Source: Candidatus Omnitrophota bacterium (GTDB taxonomy: Bacteria > Omnitrophota > Gorgyraeia > Zapsychrales > JANLHA01). Taken from it: a stretch of DNA of 64,000 nt. This document shows positions 52,958-62,957 of the stretch, one piece after another. The translations under genes were made by a program, and so were the position numbers. The notes under the pieces are model-generated. The model was not told where the DNA came from. It searched no databases and saw only the letters and a list, made by a program, of their open reading frames with translations. Within the stretch, counting starts at the first letter, position 1; every line of letters begins with the position of its first letter. The DNA lies in contig JACKFJ010000003.1 in assembly GCA_020632535.1 (NCBI GenBank), positions 230,166-294,165 of the forward strand. Reading direction: 5' to 3'.

Positions 52958-53436
52958 TCCCGTCAGATGATGAAAAAAAAAGTTTGAGTCTGGCTAAGGC
53001 GGTAGTCTACCGCCTTTTTAAATTCCGGCCACGCAGCGAAAAAGAAATAATCGCTAAACTTAAAGACAAAGATTTTGATAGTGCTATTATTGAGCAAGTT
53101 GTTTCTTTTTTTGTAAAGTGCGGACTGATAAATGACGCGATTTTTGCCAAAGGCTGGATCAGTTCACGACTCAATAAACCAATGGGATTTAAGCGCATTC
53201 GGCTCGAATTAAGAGACAAGGGCGTCGCTGACGAAATCATCAGCGCCGAATTCGCTAAAATTAAAACGAATTACAACGAACTTGAATCTGTTACGAAAAT
53301 CGCGCAACGGCGAATAAAAATTTATCACGGGATTGATCGCGCAACAACACGTCGAAGATTGGAAGGGTATTTGCTTCGCCGCGGATTTGCGCCAGAAGTC
53401 ATTTATAAAGTATTGAAGGCAGGGATGCGACAATAG
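52954..53436 (+). CDS. recX: RecX regulatory protein
   Basis: 160 aa; repeated helical units (A..YRLFKFRPRSEKEI...LINDAIFAKGWISSRL...) typical of RecX; ATGA overlap with htrA. Confidence 0.7.
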   Translation: MIPSDDEKKSLSLAKAVVYRLFKFRPRSEKEIIAKLKDKDFDSAIIEQVVSFFVKCGLINDAIFAKGWISSRLNKPMGFKRIRLELRDKGVADEIISAEFAKIKTNYNELESVTKIAQRRIKIYHGIDRATTRRRLEGYLLRRGFAPEVIYKVLKAGMRQ

Positions 53437-53475
53437 TCCCCTACGAATTTGGCGAGCATAGCAATTTCAGTATTA

Positions 53476-53552
53476 TGTCATCCCCGAACGCTTGTATCGG
53501 GGATCCATGTTTTCAGATTTTGGATTCCCGCTAAGAGATTGCGGGAATGACA
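53476..53552 (+). repeat. two-hairpin intergenic palindromic element, family A copy 3
   Basis: TGTCATCCCCGAACGCTTGTATCGGGGATCC...GGATTCCCGCTAAGAGATTGCGGGAATGACA; hairpin stems ATCCCCGA/TCGGGGAT and ATTCCCGC/GCGGGAAT. Confidence 0.85.
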
Positions 53553-53629
53553 GTGCTATTGAGATTGCCAACGAAGTTAGTCCCATTTGGACTTCGCCAC
53601 TACGCTCGCAATGGAAAATTGAAAAATAT

Positions 53630-56236
53630 ATGATGACCGCTAACGAAATTAGACAAAAGTTCTTAGACTTCTTTAAATCCAAGAACCATTCGGTAATCGC
53701 CAGTGATTCCGTAGTCCCTAAGGACGATCCGACTGTACTGTTTACAACTGCCGGGATGCAGCAGTTTAAGCGTCAATTCCTCGGACACATTGACGGCTTT
53801 ACACGTGCCGCGACATCCCAAAAATGCCTGCGCACCGATGACCTTGATCAAGTCGGCGTCACCGCGTTTCACCATACGTTTTTTGAAATGCTCGGTAATT
53901 TTTCTTTCGGCGATTATTTTAAAAAAGAAGCCATTGAATGGGCGTGGGAATTTTTAACACAAGTCCTTAAAATTTCGCCTGAAAAACTTTGGGTCTCAGT
54001 TTATAAAGAAGATGATGAAGCCAAAAGAATTTGGAGAGATCATATTAAAATCCCAGAGAACCGCATTGTCGCCCTCGGGGACAAAAGCAATTTTTGGCCG
54101 TCGAACGCCAAATTAAACGGTCCAAACGGGCCATGCGGCCCATGCTCAGAGATTTTCTTCGATTACGGCGTCAACCCCAATTGCGACAAAAATGATCAAT
54201 GCGATCCGGATTGCAGTTGCGGACGCTTCAGTGAAATTTGGAATCTTGTTTTTACACAATTTAACCGTAAAGACGGGGGCGTGCTTGAACCATTACCCAA
54301 TAAAAATATCGATACCGGAATGGGTCTTGAACGTCTAGTTGCGGTCATTCAAGGAAAAAAAACGAATTACGATACCGATCTTTTTATGCCGATCCGTGAA
54401 GCCATACGTTCAGAAATTTGTCGTGACGCAATTCAACTTGGCAATCGTGACGAACTGGTTATTGCCGATCATATTCGCGCGATTGTTTTCGCGATTAGTG
54501 ACGGTGTTATTCCGTCGAACAAAGAACGTGGTTCCGTCGTCAAACGTCTTATCAACGACAGCACCAATCTCGTGTTAAGCGCGGGAGAAACAACGCCAAG
54601 TATTTACAAATTGGTGCCGGCTACAATCGAAGTGTTTAAATTGCAATATCCGGAAATTGTCGGAAAGAAAAACGATTTGATGTCGCTGATACAAAAGACG
54701 GAAGAAGCTTTTATTCAAGTCCGAAAAGAACGACTGCCAGAATTCAAACTCAAGTATCCCGTCGCCGAAACCGCAGAGGAACGCGGCAAATTATATTTTA
54801 TGTATCATGACACATACGGATTACCAATCTCAACTATTTGCGGAACCGTCATCAAGGATCTTGCAACGACGGAACAGCAGAATGAAGAAAATCTTGTCTT
54901 CTATCACAAATTGATGAAGGAACAGCAAGATCGCGCGCGCGCTTCAAGTAAAATGATGGGTGATGTTTTTGTGGATACGGAACTACAAATGGATGTGCCC
55001 AAAACGGATTTCGTCGGCTACACCCATTTGAGCGCCAAAGCGAAACTTTTAAAAATTTTTATCAATGATAAAGAAGTCCAAGAGGCCAGCGAAGGGGATA
55101 TGGTTAAGATCGTTTTAGACAAGACACCTTTTTATGCCGAGTCCGGTGGACAAATCGGTGACAGCGGTCATTTATTAACAGGTGTCGCTAAAATCGACAT
55201 TGTAGATACCAAAAAGCTCAACGATGTTTATATTCACGCCGGAAAAGTTATCGAGGGTATTGTTCGCGCAGGGGATCCGATTCATGCCGAAGTTGACGCC
55301 ACGCGACGACTCTCAATCATGCGTAATCATACCGCGACACATATTTTACAAGCGGCATTGCGAAGAATTTTAGGCACGCATGTGCAACAGCAGGGCTCAC
55401 TCGTTGCGGAAGACCGTTTGCGTTTTGACTTTACACATCCAAGCGCGATTACGCCAGAACAAAAAGTGCAGATTGAGGAATTTGTTAATCAATCAGTAAA
55501 AGCGGGGGACACCGTCGTCAAAAAGGAAATGGCGATCGAAGAAGCCAAAACATTGGGCGCCTTATCTTTCTTTGCGGAAAAATATGGCGCAAAGGTGCGC
55601 GTCATTTCAATCGGCAATTTTTCAAAAGAATTTTGCGGAGGCACGCATCTAGACTCAACGAGCCAAATCGAAAAGTTTAAGCTCACCAGCGAAGGCGCCG
55701 TAGCTCAAGGCATTCGCCGTGTCGAAGCCAAAACCGGAGATTTTGCGACACAATTTGAAGCTGAGCAAAAACGTCTTGAAACCGAAAAATTACAGCGCGA
55801 AAAAGAAAAAACTTTGCAAAAAAAACAAGCCAAACGACGTTTTGAAGAAATTAAGGCTGACTTAGACGATCTTATTAAAAAAGCCAAAACATTTGGAACA
55901 TCAAAAATACTCGCAGAGGAATTTACAAATGTTGAAATGGAAGATTTGCGAAAAATCGCGGATTTGATTAAACAAAAAGAAAAAAGTTCCATTATATTAC
56001 TCGCAACAAAATCAAACGCCGGCGCATATTTCTTAGCCGCGATCACTGACGATTTGAATTCAAAAGGAATCAACGCCAATGAAATCATCAAAGACGTCAC
56101 ACAAAATTTCAAAGGCAATGGTGGCGGGCGACCACAAATCGCGCAAGCGGGCATTGCTGATCCCACACAATTAACGGCGGCCTTGGCGAAGGCTCAAGAA
56201 TTGGCGACACAAAAACTAAAGGCTAAAAACGTATGA
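53630..56236 (+). CDS. alaS: alanine--tRNA ligase
   Basis: FTTAGM, HHTFFEMLGNFSFGDYFK, HTATHIL...CGGTH editing-domain motifs. The track start at 53492 reads through repeat A3; MMTANEIRQKFLDFF at 53630 is the expected AlaRS N-terminus. Confidence 0.93.
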   Translation: MMTANEIRQKFLDFFKSKNHSVIASDSVVPKDDPTVLFTTAGMQQFKRQFLGHIDGFTRAATSQKCLRTDDLDQVGVTAFHHTFFEMLGNFSFGDYFKKEAIEWAWEFLTQVLKISPEKLWVSVYKEDDEAKRIWRDHIKIPENRIVALGDKSNFWPSNAKLNGPNGPCGPCSEIFFDYGVNPNCDKNDQCDPDCSCGRFSEIWNLVFTQFNRKDGGVLEPLPNKNIDTGMGLERLVAVIQGKKTNYDTDLFMPIREAIRSEICRDAIQLGNRDELVIADHIRAIVFAISDGVIPSNKERGSVVKRLINDSTNLVLSAGETTPSIYKLVPATIEVFKLQYPEIVGKKNDLMSLIQKTEEAFIQVRKERLPEFKLKYPVAETAEERGKLYFMYHDTYGLPISTICGTVIKDLATTEQQNEENLVFYHKLMKEQQDRARASSKMMGDVFVDTELQMDVPKTDFVGYTHLSAKAKLLKIFINDKEVQEASEGDMVKIVLDKTPFYAESGGQIGDSGHLLTGVAKIDIVDTKKLNDVYIHAGKVIEGIVRAGDPIHAEVDATRRLSIMRNHTATHILQAALRRILGTHVQQQGSLVAEDRLRFDFTHPSAITPEQKVQIEEFVNQSVKAGDTVVKKEMAIEEAKTLGALSFFAEKYGAKVRVISIGNFSKEFCGGTHLDSTSQIEKFKLTSEGAVAQGIRRVEAKTGDFATQFEAEQKRLETEKLQREKEKTLQKKQAKRRFEEIKADLDDLIKKAKTFGTSKILAEEFTNVEMEDLRKIADLIKQKEKSSIILLATKSNAGAYFLAAITDDLNSKGINANEIIKDVTQNFKGNGGGRPQIAQAGIADPTQLTAALAKAQELATQKLKAKNV

Positions 56237-57459
56237 AAGTCATCAAACCCAACGGCAGCGGCGCGCAAAAACTTTACGATCGCTACAGCTGTAACCACAA
56301 ACGTCACGTCGAAGAAAAAGTCCGTAAAATCCTCGAGGACGTAAAAGTCAACGGTGATGCCGCGATTGTGCGCTACACACGCAAGTTTGATCACGCGCAA
56401 ATGGAAAGCAAAGATATCAGGGTCGCCGAAAGCGAAATCAGCGGCGCGTTCCAAAACATCACGAGTGATTTTATTGCGAACTTAAAGCAAATCAACCATA
56501 ATGTCACCGGCTTTTATAAGAAGCAATTGCCCAAGCCTTGCCGCATCAAGGAAGCAGAAGGTATTTTGCTAACCGAAAATATTTTGCCACTTGATTCGGT
56601 CGGGATTTATATTCCCGCCGGCACCGCGCCACTTGTTTCTACCGTTTACATGACGGTCATTCCAGCCAAAGTTGCGGGCGTCAAACGCGTGATTATTGCC
56701 ACACCGCCAGACAAAAACGGTCAAGTCAATCCTTATATTCTCGCGGTCGCGAATCTTTTGAAGGTAAATGAAATTTATAAAGTCGGTGGTGCGCAGGCGA
56801 TTGCAGCGATGGCGTTCGGAACAAAAACCATTCCCAAGGTTGATAAAATCGTGGGACCGGGGAATATGTTTGTCACCGAAGCCAAGCGCCAACTTTTTGG
56901 TCATGTCGGAATTGATATGCTCGCTGGTCCGTCAGAATTGGTCGTGATTGCCAATCGCTCAAGCAATCCCGAATATGTAATTGCTGATTTAGAGGCACAA
57001 ATGGAACATTTGGGTGGATTATCAATTCTCATCACCAATTCACGACAATTGCTGAAAATTGTTCGCCAACGTGTATCCGGTGGGTATGGAATTTATGCCA
57101 AAACTATGGACGAAGCCATCGATATTGCCAATAAGATAGCTCCCGAGCATTTGCAAATCTTAACGAGTAATCCTAAAAGCATTGCTTCAAAAATCCGCAA
57201 CGCCGGCGCAATTTTTTTAGGACCATACAGTCCAACCGCTCTGGGTGATTACGCGGCAGGCCCAAGTCACGTTTTGCCAACGCTGGGAACGGCGCGTTTC
57301 TTTTCTGGAATTTGCACGTCGGACTTTACCAAAAAAAGCCACGTTATTTCATACAGCAAAAAGGCGCTCGAAAAAATCCGTGAGCCGATTGAAAAAATTG
57401 CCCTTATTGAAGGGCTTAAAAAACATTCTGATTCGATTCATGTCCGTTTTACACACTAA
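56233..57459 (+). CDS. hisD: histidinol dehydrogenase
   Basis: 408 aa; GGAQAIAAMAFGT, IDMLAGPSE, APEHLQI blocks. Confidence 0.92.
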   Translation: MKVIKPNGSGAQKLYDRYSCNHKRHVEEKVRKILEDVKVNGDAAIVRYTRKFDHAQMESKDIRVAESEISGAFQNITSDFIANLKQINHNVTGFYKKQLPKPCRIKEAEGILLTENILPLDSVGIYIPAGTAPLVSTVYMTVIPAKVAGVKRVIIATPPDKNGQVNPYILAVANLLKVNEIYKVGGAQAIAAMAFGTKTIPKVDKIVGPGNMFVTEAKRQLFGHVGIDMLAGPSELVVIANRSSNPEYVIADLEAQMEHLGGLSILITNSRQLLKIVRQRVSGGYGIYAKTMDEAIDIANKIAPEHLQILTSNPKSIASKIRNAGAIFLGPYSPTALGDYAAGPSHVLPTLGTARFFSGICTSDFTKKSHVISYSKKALEKIREPIEKIALIEGLKKHSDSIHVRFTH

Positions 57460-57474
57460 GCAAAGGACGCAACT

Positions 57475-58086
57475 ATGACACAACGTCAGGCAACATTTGA
57501 AAGAAAAAGTAAAGAAACCGAAATTCAAATCAATCTCAATGTCGATGGCACCGGCAAAACAAAAATTAAAACGCCGATTGGCCTGCTTGATCACATGCTT
57601 GAACTGTTCGCGTTTTGGGGTCTTTTTGATCTCGAGCTTACCGTCAAAGGCGATACACATATCGACATTCACCACACCAATGAAGATATCGGTATCGCTT
57701 TAGGCAAAGCTTTTAAAAAAGCTTTGGGTGAAGAGCGCATTGGCATTCGCCGATTCGGATCAGCATTTGCCCCAATGGAATCAACCGTTGGGCAAACTGT
57801 CATTGATTTAAGCGGTCGCGGATATTTTTGTTTTCGAACTGATACGAACAAAAGTTTGGTCAAAGCGCAAGACGGGTATGCCTTAAGCGATTTGGATCAT
57901 TTTTTGGAATCGTTTGCTCACAATTTAGGGGCTACGCTCAATGTTAAAATTGAAGGTTTGGCGGAAGACTTGCACACCGATTTAGAAACGATCTTCAAAT
58001 CGCTCGGGATGGCTTTGGATCAAGCGACACAAATTGATCCGCGACGCGAGGGCACAGTTCCGTCAACAAAAGGAATTATTGATTAA
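57475..58086 (+). CDS. hisB: imidazoleglycerol-phosphate dehydratase
   Basis: 203 aa; DHMLELFAFWG, HHTNEDIGIALG, HTDLETIFKSLG-type blocks. Confidence 0.9.
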   Translation: MTQRQATFERKSKETEIQINLNVDGTGKTKIKTPIGLLDHMLELFAFWGLFDLELTVKGDTHIDIHHTNEDIGIALGKAFKKALGEERIGIRRFGSAFAPMESTVGQTVIDLSGRGYFCFRTDTNKSLVKAQDGYALSDLDHFLESFAHNLGATLNVKIEGLAEDLHTDLETIFKSLGMALDQATQIDPRREGTVPSTKGIID

Positions 58087-58685
58087 TGATCGCAATTATC
58101 GACTATGGCATGGGAAATTTGCGCAGCGTCCAAAAAGCTTTTGAGAAAGCAGGTGGCGACGCCATCATAACTCAAGACGCGTCCGAAATTAAAAACGCAA
58201 AGAAAATCGTTCTTCCCGGTGTTGGCGCGATACGGCCGGCGATGGAGAAATTAAGAAATCTCAACCTTATTTCCGTCATTGAGGAAACCATTAGAAATGA
58301 AAAACCATTTTTAGGGATTTGTTTAGGTTTACAACTTCTCTTTGAAAAAAGTGTCGAAGGCGGGGAAGTTAAGGCTTTAGGTATCCTGAAAGGAAATGTC
58401 ACACGCTTTAAGTCACTCAAAGTGCCGCACATGGGTTGGAATCAAATCGCGATCAAAAATTTCGCTAATCCCATTTTCAAAGGAATTGAAAATAACGCGG
58501 ATGTTTATTTTTGCCATTCCTACTTTGTCGAACCTGCGGACTCGACCGTTTCTGCGGCGACAACAGACTATGGTCGAAACTATACGTCGGCAATCACACA
58601 AAAGAATATTTTCGGGGTCCAGTTCCATCCCGAAAAAAGTCAAAGCGTAGGAATAAAGATTTTGGAGAATTTTGTTAACTTATAA
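58086..58685 (+). CDS. hisH: imidazole glycerol phosphate synthase, glutaminase subunit
   Basis: 199 aa; GICLGLQLL nucleophile Cys, VQFHPEKS. Confidence 0.92.
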   Translation: MIAIIDYGMGNLRSVQKAFEKAGGDAIITQDASEIKNAKKIVLPGVGAIRPAMEKLRNLNLISVIEETIRNEKPFLGICLGLQLLFEKSVEGGEVKALGILKGNVTRFKSLKVPHMGWNQIAIKNFANPIFKGIENNADVYFCHSYFVEPADSTVSAATTDYGRNYTSAITQKNIFGVQFHPEKSQSVGIKILENFVNL

Positions 58686-58689
58686 TAAT

Positions 58690-58763
58690 TGTCATCCCCG
58701 AAATCTCTAATCGGGGATCCACTTTCCAACATAGATTCCCGCTAAGAGATTGCGGGAATGACA
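58690..58763 (+). repeat. two-hairpin intergenic palindromic element, family A copy 4
   Basis: TGTCATCCCCGAAATCTCTAATCGGGGATCC...GATTCCCGCTAAGAGATTGCGGGAATGACA; splits hisH from hisA. Confidence 0.85.
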
Positions 58764-58773
58764 GACCAACTAT

Positions 58774-59520
58774 ATGATCATTTTCCCAGCTATTGATATC
58801 AAAGACGGTAAAGTCGTTCGCCTGCGCCAAGGAGAATTCTCCGACGTCACTGAATATTCTCTTGACCCGTTAAACGTCGCGCAAAAGTGGGTGGACGCGG
58901 GAGCCCAATGGATTCACATTGTTGACTTAGACGGCGCGTTACACGGCGAAATGAAAAATTTTGAAATTATTGCCAAAATCGCGAAAGAAATCTCAATTCC
59001 AATTGAAATGGGCGGCGGTGTTCGCGGCGAAGACGAAATTATAAAACTGATTGATGCCGGTGTTAAACGGGTCATCTTAGGAACAAGAGTTGTCCAAGAC
59101 CGGACATTTTTAAGAAAGATCATTGAAAAATTTGGCGACAAAATCGCGGTCAGCCTTGACTGCAAAGACGGCAAAGTAACACAAAAAGGTTGGACAGAAA
59201 CAACAAAAGTCAAAGGCACCGATTTTGCCAAAGAACTAGAAAATTTAGGTCTGCAATGTTTGATTTATACCGACATCAAGCGTGACGGAATGCTGACAGG
59301 CCCCAACTGGGAAGCACTTTCCGAAATTTTAAATACCGTCACAGTTCCCGTTATCGCCTCGGGCGGAATTTCGAATATCGCAGATATTAAAAAGCTTTTA
59401 ACGATTCAGCCGCGAAAAGTATTGGGAGTCATAACCGGCAAAGCGATTTATGAAGGTAAACTGGATTTAAAAGAAGCTATCACCATTGCAAGGAGCCCTC
59501 AGGGCGACGCGGCAATGTAG
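58774..59520 (+). CDS. hisA: 1-(5-phosphoribosyl)-5-[(5-phosphoribosylamino)methylideneamino]imidazole-4-carboxamide isomerase
   Basis: 248 aa; IFPAIDIKDGKVVRL, VDLDGA, ASGGIS blocks. Confidence 0.9.
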   Translation: MIIFPAIDIKDGKVVRLRQGEFSDVTEYSLDPLNVAQKWVDAGAQWIHIVDLDGALHGEMKNFEIIAKIAKEISIPIEMGGGVRGEDEIIKLIDAGVKRVILGTRVVQDRTFLRKIIEKFGDKIAVSLDCKDGKVTQKGWTETTKVKGTDFAKELENLGLQCLIYTDIKRDGMLTGPNWEALSEILNTVTVPVIASGGISNIADIKKLLTIQPRKVLGVITGKAIYEGKLDLKEAITIARSPQGDAAM

Positions 59521-59534
59521 AATAAAAAAATTCT

Positions 59535-60290
59535 ATGTTAAAAAAACGAATCATTCCTTGCCTTGACGTTAAAGATGGACGTGTCGTCAAAGGTGTCAAC
59601 TTTGTTGAGTTGCGAGACGCCGGCGATCCCGTCAGCGTAGCCGAAGCCTATGACAAGCAAGGTGCGGATGAAATTATCTTTCTCGATATCACCGCAAGCC
59701 ACGAAAAACGGCCAATCATTTTGGATATCGTAAAACACACAGCGGAAAAAGTCTTTATGCCTTTGACCGTCGGTGGAGGGATTCAATCGGTTGACGACAT
59801 CCGTGAACTTTTAAGTGCGGGCGCCGATAAAGTTTCCCTCAATTCATCAGCGATTAAGAATCCACAATTGATTACCGAAGCGGCGAATCGCTACGGCAGT
59901 CAATGCATTGTGGTTGCCATCGACGCGAAAAAAAATGGCAGTCATTGGGACGTTTATATTAACGGCGGCCGCGTCAAAACGGACAAAGAAGCCATCATCT
60001 GGGCTAAAGAAGTCGAACAACTCGGCGCAGGTGAAATCCTTTTGACGAGCATGGATGCAGACGGAACCAAAAACGGATTTGATTTGGCTTTAACAGACGC
60101 CGTTTGCAAAGCCGTAAATATTCCCGTAATTGCGTCAGGTGGAGCTGGCAAAATCGAAGATTTTGCGGATGTTTTTATAAAAACAAACGTGGACGCCGCG
60201 CTGGCCGCATCCGTATTTCATTACGGTGAATTGACGATCCCACAGGTTAAAAATTTTTTATATCAAAAATCGATCGAGGTTAGATTATGA
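59535..60290 (+). CDS. hisF: imidazole glycerol phosphate synthase, cyclase subunit
   Basis: 251 aa; [29 protein letters not shown] blocks. Confidence 0.93.
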   Translation: MLKKRIIPCLDVKDGRVVKGVNFVELRDAGDPVSVAEAYDKQGADEIIFLDITASHEKRPIILDIVKHTAEKVFMPLTVGGGIQSVDDIRELLSAGADKVSLNSSAIKNPQLITEAANRYGSQCIVVAIDAKKNGSHWDVYINGGRVKTDKEAIIWAKEVEQLGAGEILLTSMDADGTKNGFDLALTDAVCKAVNIPVIASGGAGKIEDFADVFIKTNVDAALAASVFHYGELTIPQVKNFLYQKSIEVRL

Positions 60291-60652
60291 GTGAAATGAC
60301 AGAGGCGGAAAAAATCCAAATCACATCAGCCAATTTAGACAAATTAAAATTTAATAACGACGGACTTATTCCCGCGATCGTGCAAGATATCGATAACAAT
60401 GAAGTCCTCATGATGGCCTACATGAATCTGGATTCACTCAAGGAAACGATCAAAGTCGGAAAAACATGTTTCTGGTCGCGTTCACGCCAGAAGTATTGGG
60501 TCAAAGGCGAGACATCAGGACATTTTCAAACCGTCAAAAACATTTATTACGACTGCGACTGCGACACACTCTTAATCAAAGTCGTACAAATTGGCGCGGC
60601 TTGTCACACAATGAAACGCAGTTGTTTTTATCGTGAAATTAAAAATGGCTAA
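60287..60652 (+). CDS. hisI: phosphoribosyl-AMP cyclohydrolase
   Basis: 121 aa; [28 protein letters not shown]...C.. zinc site; no fused HisE part. Confidence 0.88.
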   Translation: MSEMTEAEKIQITSANLDKLKFNNDGLIPAIVQDIDNNEVLMMAYMNLDSLKETIKVGKTCFWSRSRQKYWVKGETSGHFQTVKNIYYDCDCDTLLIKVVQIGAACHTMKRSCFYREIKNG

Positions 60653-60986
60653 ACAACCACTGACGATTCAACGGCTGATATTTTTATTTATTCTTGTCGC
60701 GGTTTTTCTATATACTTATTTAGCGGACTTAAATATTTTCGCGGCTGTTGTAGAATCATTATCATTCGCGTCACCGTATGTCGAACACTTTATGATGCTG
60801 TTTTTAATTTTAAGCTTCGCGAGTTTAAGTGTTTATTATTATTTAAAGCAAGTCAGCAACCGACAAATATCCCAGCGCTTTTTGTGGTGGTTGAAAATCA
60901 TTGCGATTGCATTTTTTGCCGGATTTGTACTTTCGGCATTGATTATTTACTTTAATATTTACTGTAACAAAACATTTGACACCTAA
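60645..60986 (+). CDS. small hypothetical membrane protein (3 predicted TM segments)
   Basis: Hydrophobic segments [54 protein letters not shown]; no recognisable family; ATG at 60645 (the track start is GTG at 60633). Confidence 0.4.
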   Translation: MAKQPLTIQRLIFLFILVAVFLYTYLADLNIFAAVVESLSFASPYVEHFMMLFLILSFASLSVYYYLKQVSNRQISQRFLWWLKIIAIAFFAGFVLSALIIYFNIYCNKTFDT

Positions 60987-60990
60987 CGCA

Positions 60991-61061
60991 GGTCATCTCC
61001 GAATGCTCTTATCGAGGATCTCTTTAAAACAGACCCCCGATTTAAGATTTCGGGGGTGACA
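60991..61061 (+). repeat. two-hairpin intergenic palindromic element, family A copy 5 (diverged)
   Basis: GGTCATCTCCGAATGCTCTTATCGAGGATC...ACCCCCGATTTAAGATTTCGGGGGTGACA; second hairpin perfect 8 bp, first degenerate. Confidence 0.65.
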
Positions 61062-61073
61062 AGAAAAAAAATC

Positions 61074-62597
61074 ATGATATTCCCATCTGAAAAAGAATTC
61101 TTAAAATTAAGCCAAAAGGGCAATCTTGTCCCTGTGTACAAGGAAATCCTTGGCGACTTGGACTCACCGGTTTCGGCTTACTACAAATTGACCGAAGGGG
61201 AGAGACACGCGGACAAAAAATCTTTTTCGTTTTTACTCGAATCCGTTGAAGGCGAAGAAAAAGTCGCGCGATATTCCTTTCTCGCTAAAAATCCTGAACT
61301 CATCGTGCAAAGCAAAGATCAGACTTTGCAAATCACCCGTTTTTCAGGAAAAACCAAAGAAATTAAAACTCAAAAGATCAAAGACACACCCCTGACAACT
61401 TTGCGTGAAATCATGTCGCGCTACAATTTTGTCAATATTCCGGGATTACCGCGTTTTTGCGGCGGCATGGTCGGCTACATTGCTTATGACTGTGTCCGAT
61501 TTTTTGAAAACCTCCCCAATAAACCAAAAGACGACTTAAATCTTCCCGACCTTTTACTTGTCCTCGCAAAGACACTGATTATTTTTGATCACAGCAATCA
61601 CCGCATTAAAGTTGTCAATTGTGTTGAAATTCCTAAAAATGCGACGCCGTCACAAAAAAAGGCGGCTTATCAAAAGGCCGTGACACAAATCGAAAAACTT
61701 TCTATTGAACTCAAACAACCGCTCGTTACTGACAAAAGAGAAAATAAGAAACCCGCCATTTCGCAAACACATTCCAACTTTACTGAAAAGCAATTTTGCC
61801 GCATTGTTGAAGAAGGCAAAAAGAAAATCAAGGCCGGCGATATTATTCAGATTGTTTTGTCCCAGCGTTTTGAAGTTAAACTCAATACCGATCCGTTTCA
61901 TATTTATCGCATGCTGCGCGCACTGAATCCTTCGCCGTATATGTACTACTTGCATTTTGGCGATGTACAAATTATCGGATCGTCACCGGAACTTCTGGTA
62001 CGCTGTGAAAACAGTGTGGTCGAAACACGACCAATTGCCGGTACACGCAAACGCGGCAAGAATGATACACAAGACCAATCCCTTGCCAAAGAACTTTTGG
62101 CTGATCCTAAAGAGAAAGCAGAGCACATCATGCTTGTTGATTTAGGCCGCAATGATCTGGGGCGTGTATGCGAACTAGGCTCTATTAAAATTTCGGAATT
62201 TATGAACGTGGAAAAATATTCGCACGTCATGCATATTGTCAGCAATGTTAAAGGAAAGCTCAAACGCGGACACGATGCTTTTGATGTTCTTAAGGCAACT
62301 TTTCCAGCTGGGACTGTCTCGGGCGCGCCCAAAATTCGCGCCATGGAAATCATTGATCGATTAGAAAACGTTTCACGTGGACCATACGCGGGATGTATTG
62401 GCTATTTTAGTTTTTCCGGAAATTTTGATTCTTGTATCACAATTCGAACCATTGTCGCGACAGAGGGTAAGGCCTATATTCAAGCCGGCGCGGGAATCGT
62501 TGCCGATTCCGACCCTAAAAAAGAATACGAAGAAACCAAGAACAAAGCCCGAGCTCAAATCCTCGCGATCGAAGCCGCGCACAAAGAATTTGCTTAA
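61074..62597 (+). CDS. trpE: anthranilate synthase component I
   Basis: SPVSAYYKL, FLLESVEG (Trp-feedback region), chorismate-binding C-terminus GAGIVADSDP. The track start (GTG at 61056) lies in repeat A5; ATG at 61074 is preferred. No trpG follows in the window. Confidence 0.85.
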   Translation: MIFPSEKEFLKLSQKGNLVPVYKEILGDLDSPVSAYYKLTEGERHADKKSFSFLLESVEGEEKVARYSFLAKNPELIVQSKDQTLQITRFSGKTKEIKTQKIKDTPLTTLREIMSRYNFVNIPGLPRFCGGMVGYIAYDCVRFFENLPNKPKDDLNLPDLLLVLAKTLIIFDHSNHRIKVVNCVEIPKNATPSQKKAAYQKAVTQIEKLSIELKQPLVTDKRENKKPAISQTHSNFTEKQFCRIVEEGKKKIKAGDIIQIVLSQRFEVKLNTDPFHIYRMLRALNPSPYMYYLHFGDVQIIGSSPELLVRCENSVVETRPIAGTRKRGKNDTQDQSLAKELLADPKEKAEHIMLVDLGRNDLGRVCELGSIKISEFMNVEKYSHVMHIVSNVKGKLKRGHDAFDVLKATFPAGTVSGAPKIRAMEIIDRLENVSRGPYAGCIGYFSFSGNFDSCITIRTIVATEGKAYIQAGAGIVADSDPKKEYEETKNKARAQILAIEAAHKEFA

Positions 62598-62669
62598 ATC
62601 ATAAAATTTTAGTATATTATTGGCTCAAATTTAGATCTAACAGTTGGTAACCATAAAAGGGAGAAGTTC

Positions 62670-62921
62670 ATGGAAGTTCGTATTCGCTTACAAAAAGCCG
62701 GCAAACCTGCCAGCAAACGCTACAATTACCGCATTGTCGCCATCAGCCGCGCAGCCGCGCGTCAAGGCCGCAATTTGGCTACCATTGGTTATTATGATCC
62801 GGCCAAAAAACCAGCAACACTGTCTGTCGATCACACGAAATTACAGACATGGCTAGACAAAGGCGCGCGCATGACCGACACAGTCAAGTCTCTCGTCAAA
62901 AAAGACAAGAAAAAAGTTTAA
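62670..62921 (+). CDS. rpsP: 30S ribosomal protein S16
   Basis: 83 aa; MEVRIRLQKAGKPASKRYNYRIV... GYYDP typical of S16. Confidence 0.93.
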   Translation: MEVRIRLQKAGKPASKRYNYRIVAISRAAARQGRNLATIGYYDPAKKPATLSVDHTKLQTWLDKGARMTDTVKSLVKKDKKKV

Positions 62922-62957
62922 AAATAATTCTACCCATTTTTGATTGGAGAACATCTT

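Noticed and set aside
53492-53629. N-terminal extensions in the ORF track (alaS 53492, lysA 16907, folK 22220, trpE 61056, SDR 581, GT-C 48289, secretin 35218, yajC 62940)
   Set aside because: The extensions translate repeat elements or overlap the upstream gene. They start at TTG or GTG, or lack an RBS. Downstream ATGs give N-termini typical of the respective families.
53437-53629. Possible T-box leader upstream of alaS
   Set aside because: The structured part of the spacer is fully explained by family A repeat copy 3. No specifier-loop or T-box (AGGGTGGNACCGCG-like) sequence was seen.
4852-61061. Could the recurring palindromic repeats be a CRISPR array?
   Set aside because: Copies are dispersed singly over tens of kb between unrelated genes, occur in both orientations, and are not separated by uniform short spacers. 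No cas genes are in the window.
61074-62597. trpE without an adjacent trpG/trpD, so possibly a PabB or isochorismate synthase instead
   Set aside because: The LLESVEG feedback-region motif and the overall length fit TrpE better than PabB or MenF. Absence of neighbours is not evidence against it. Kept as trpE with slightly reduced confidence.
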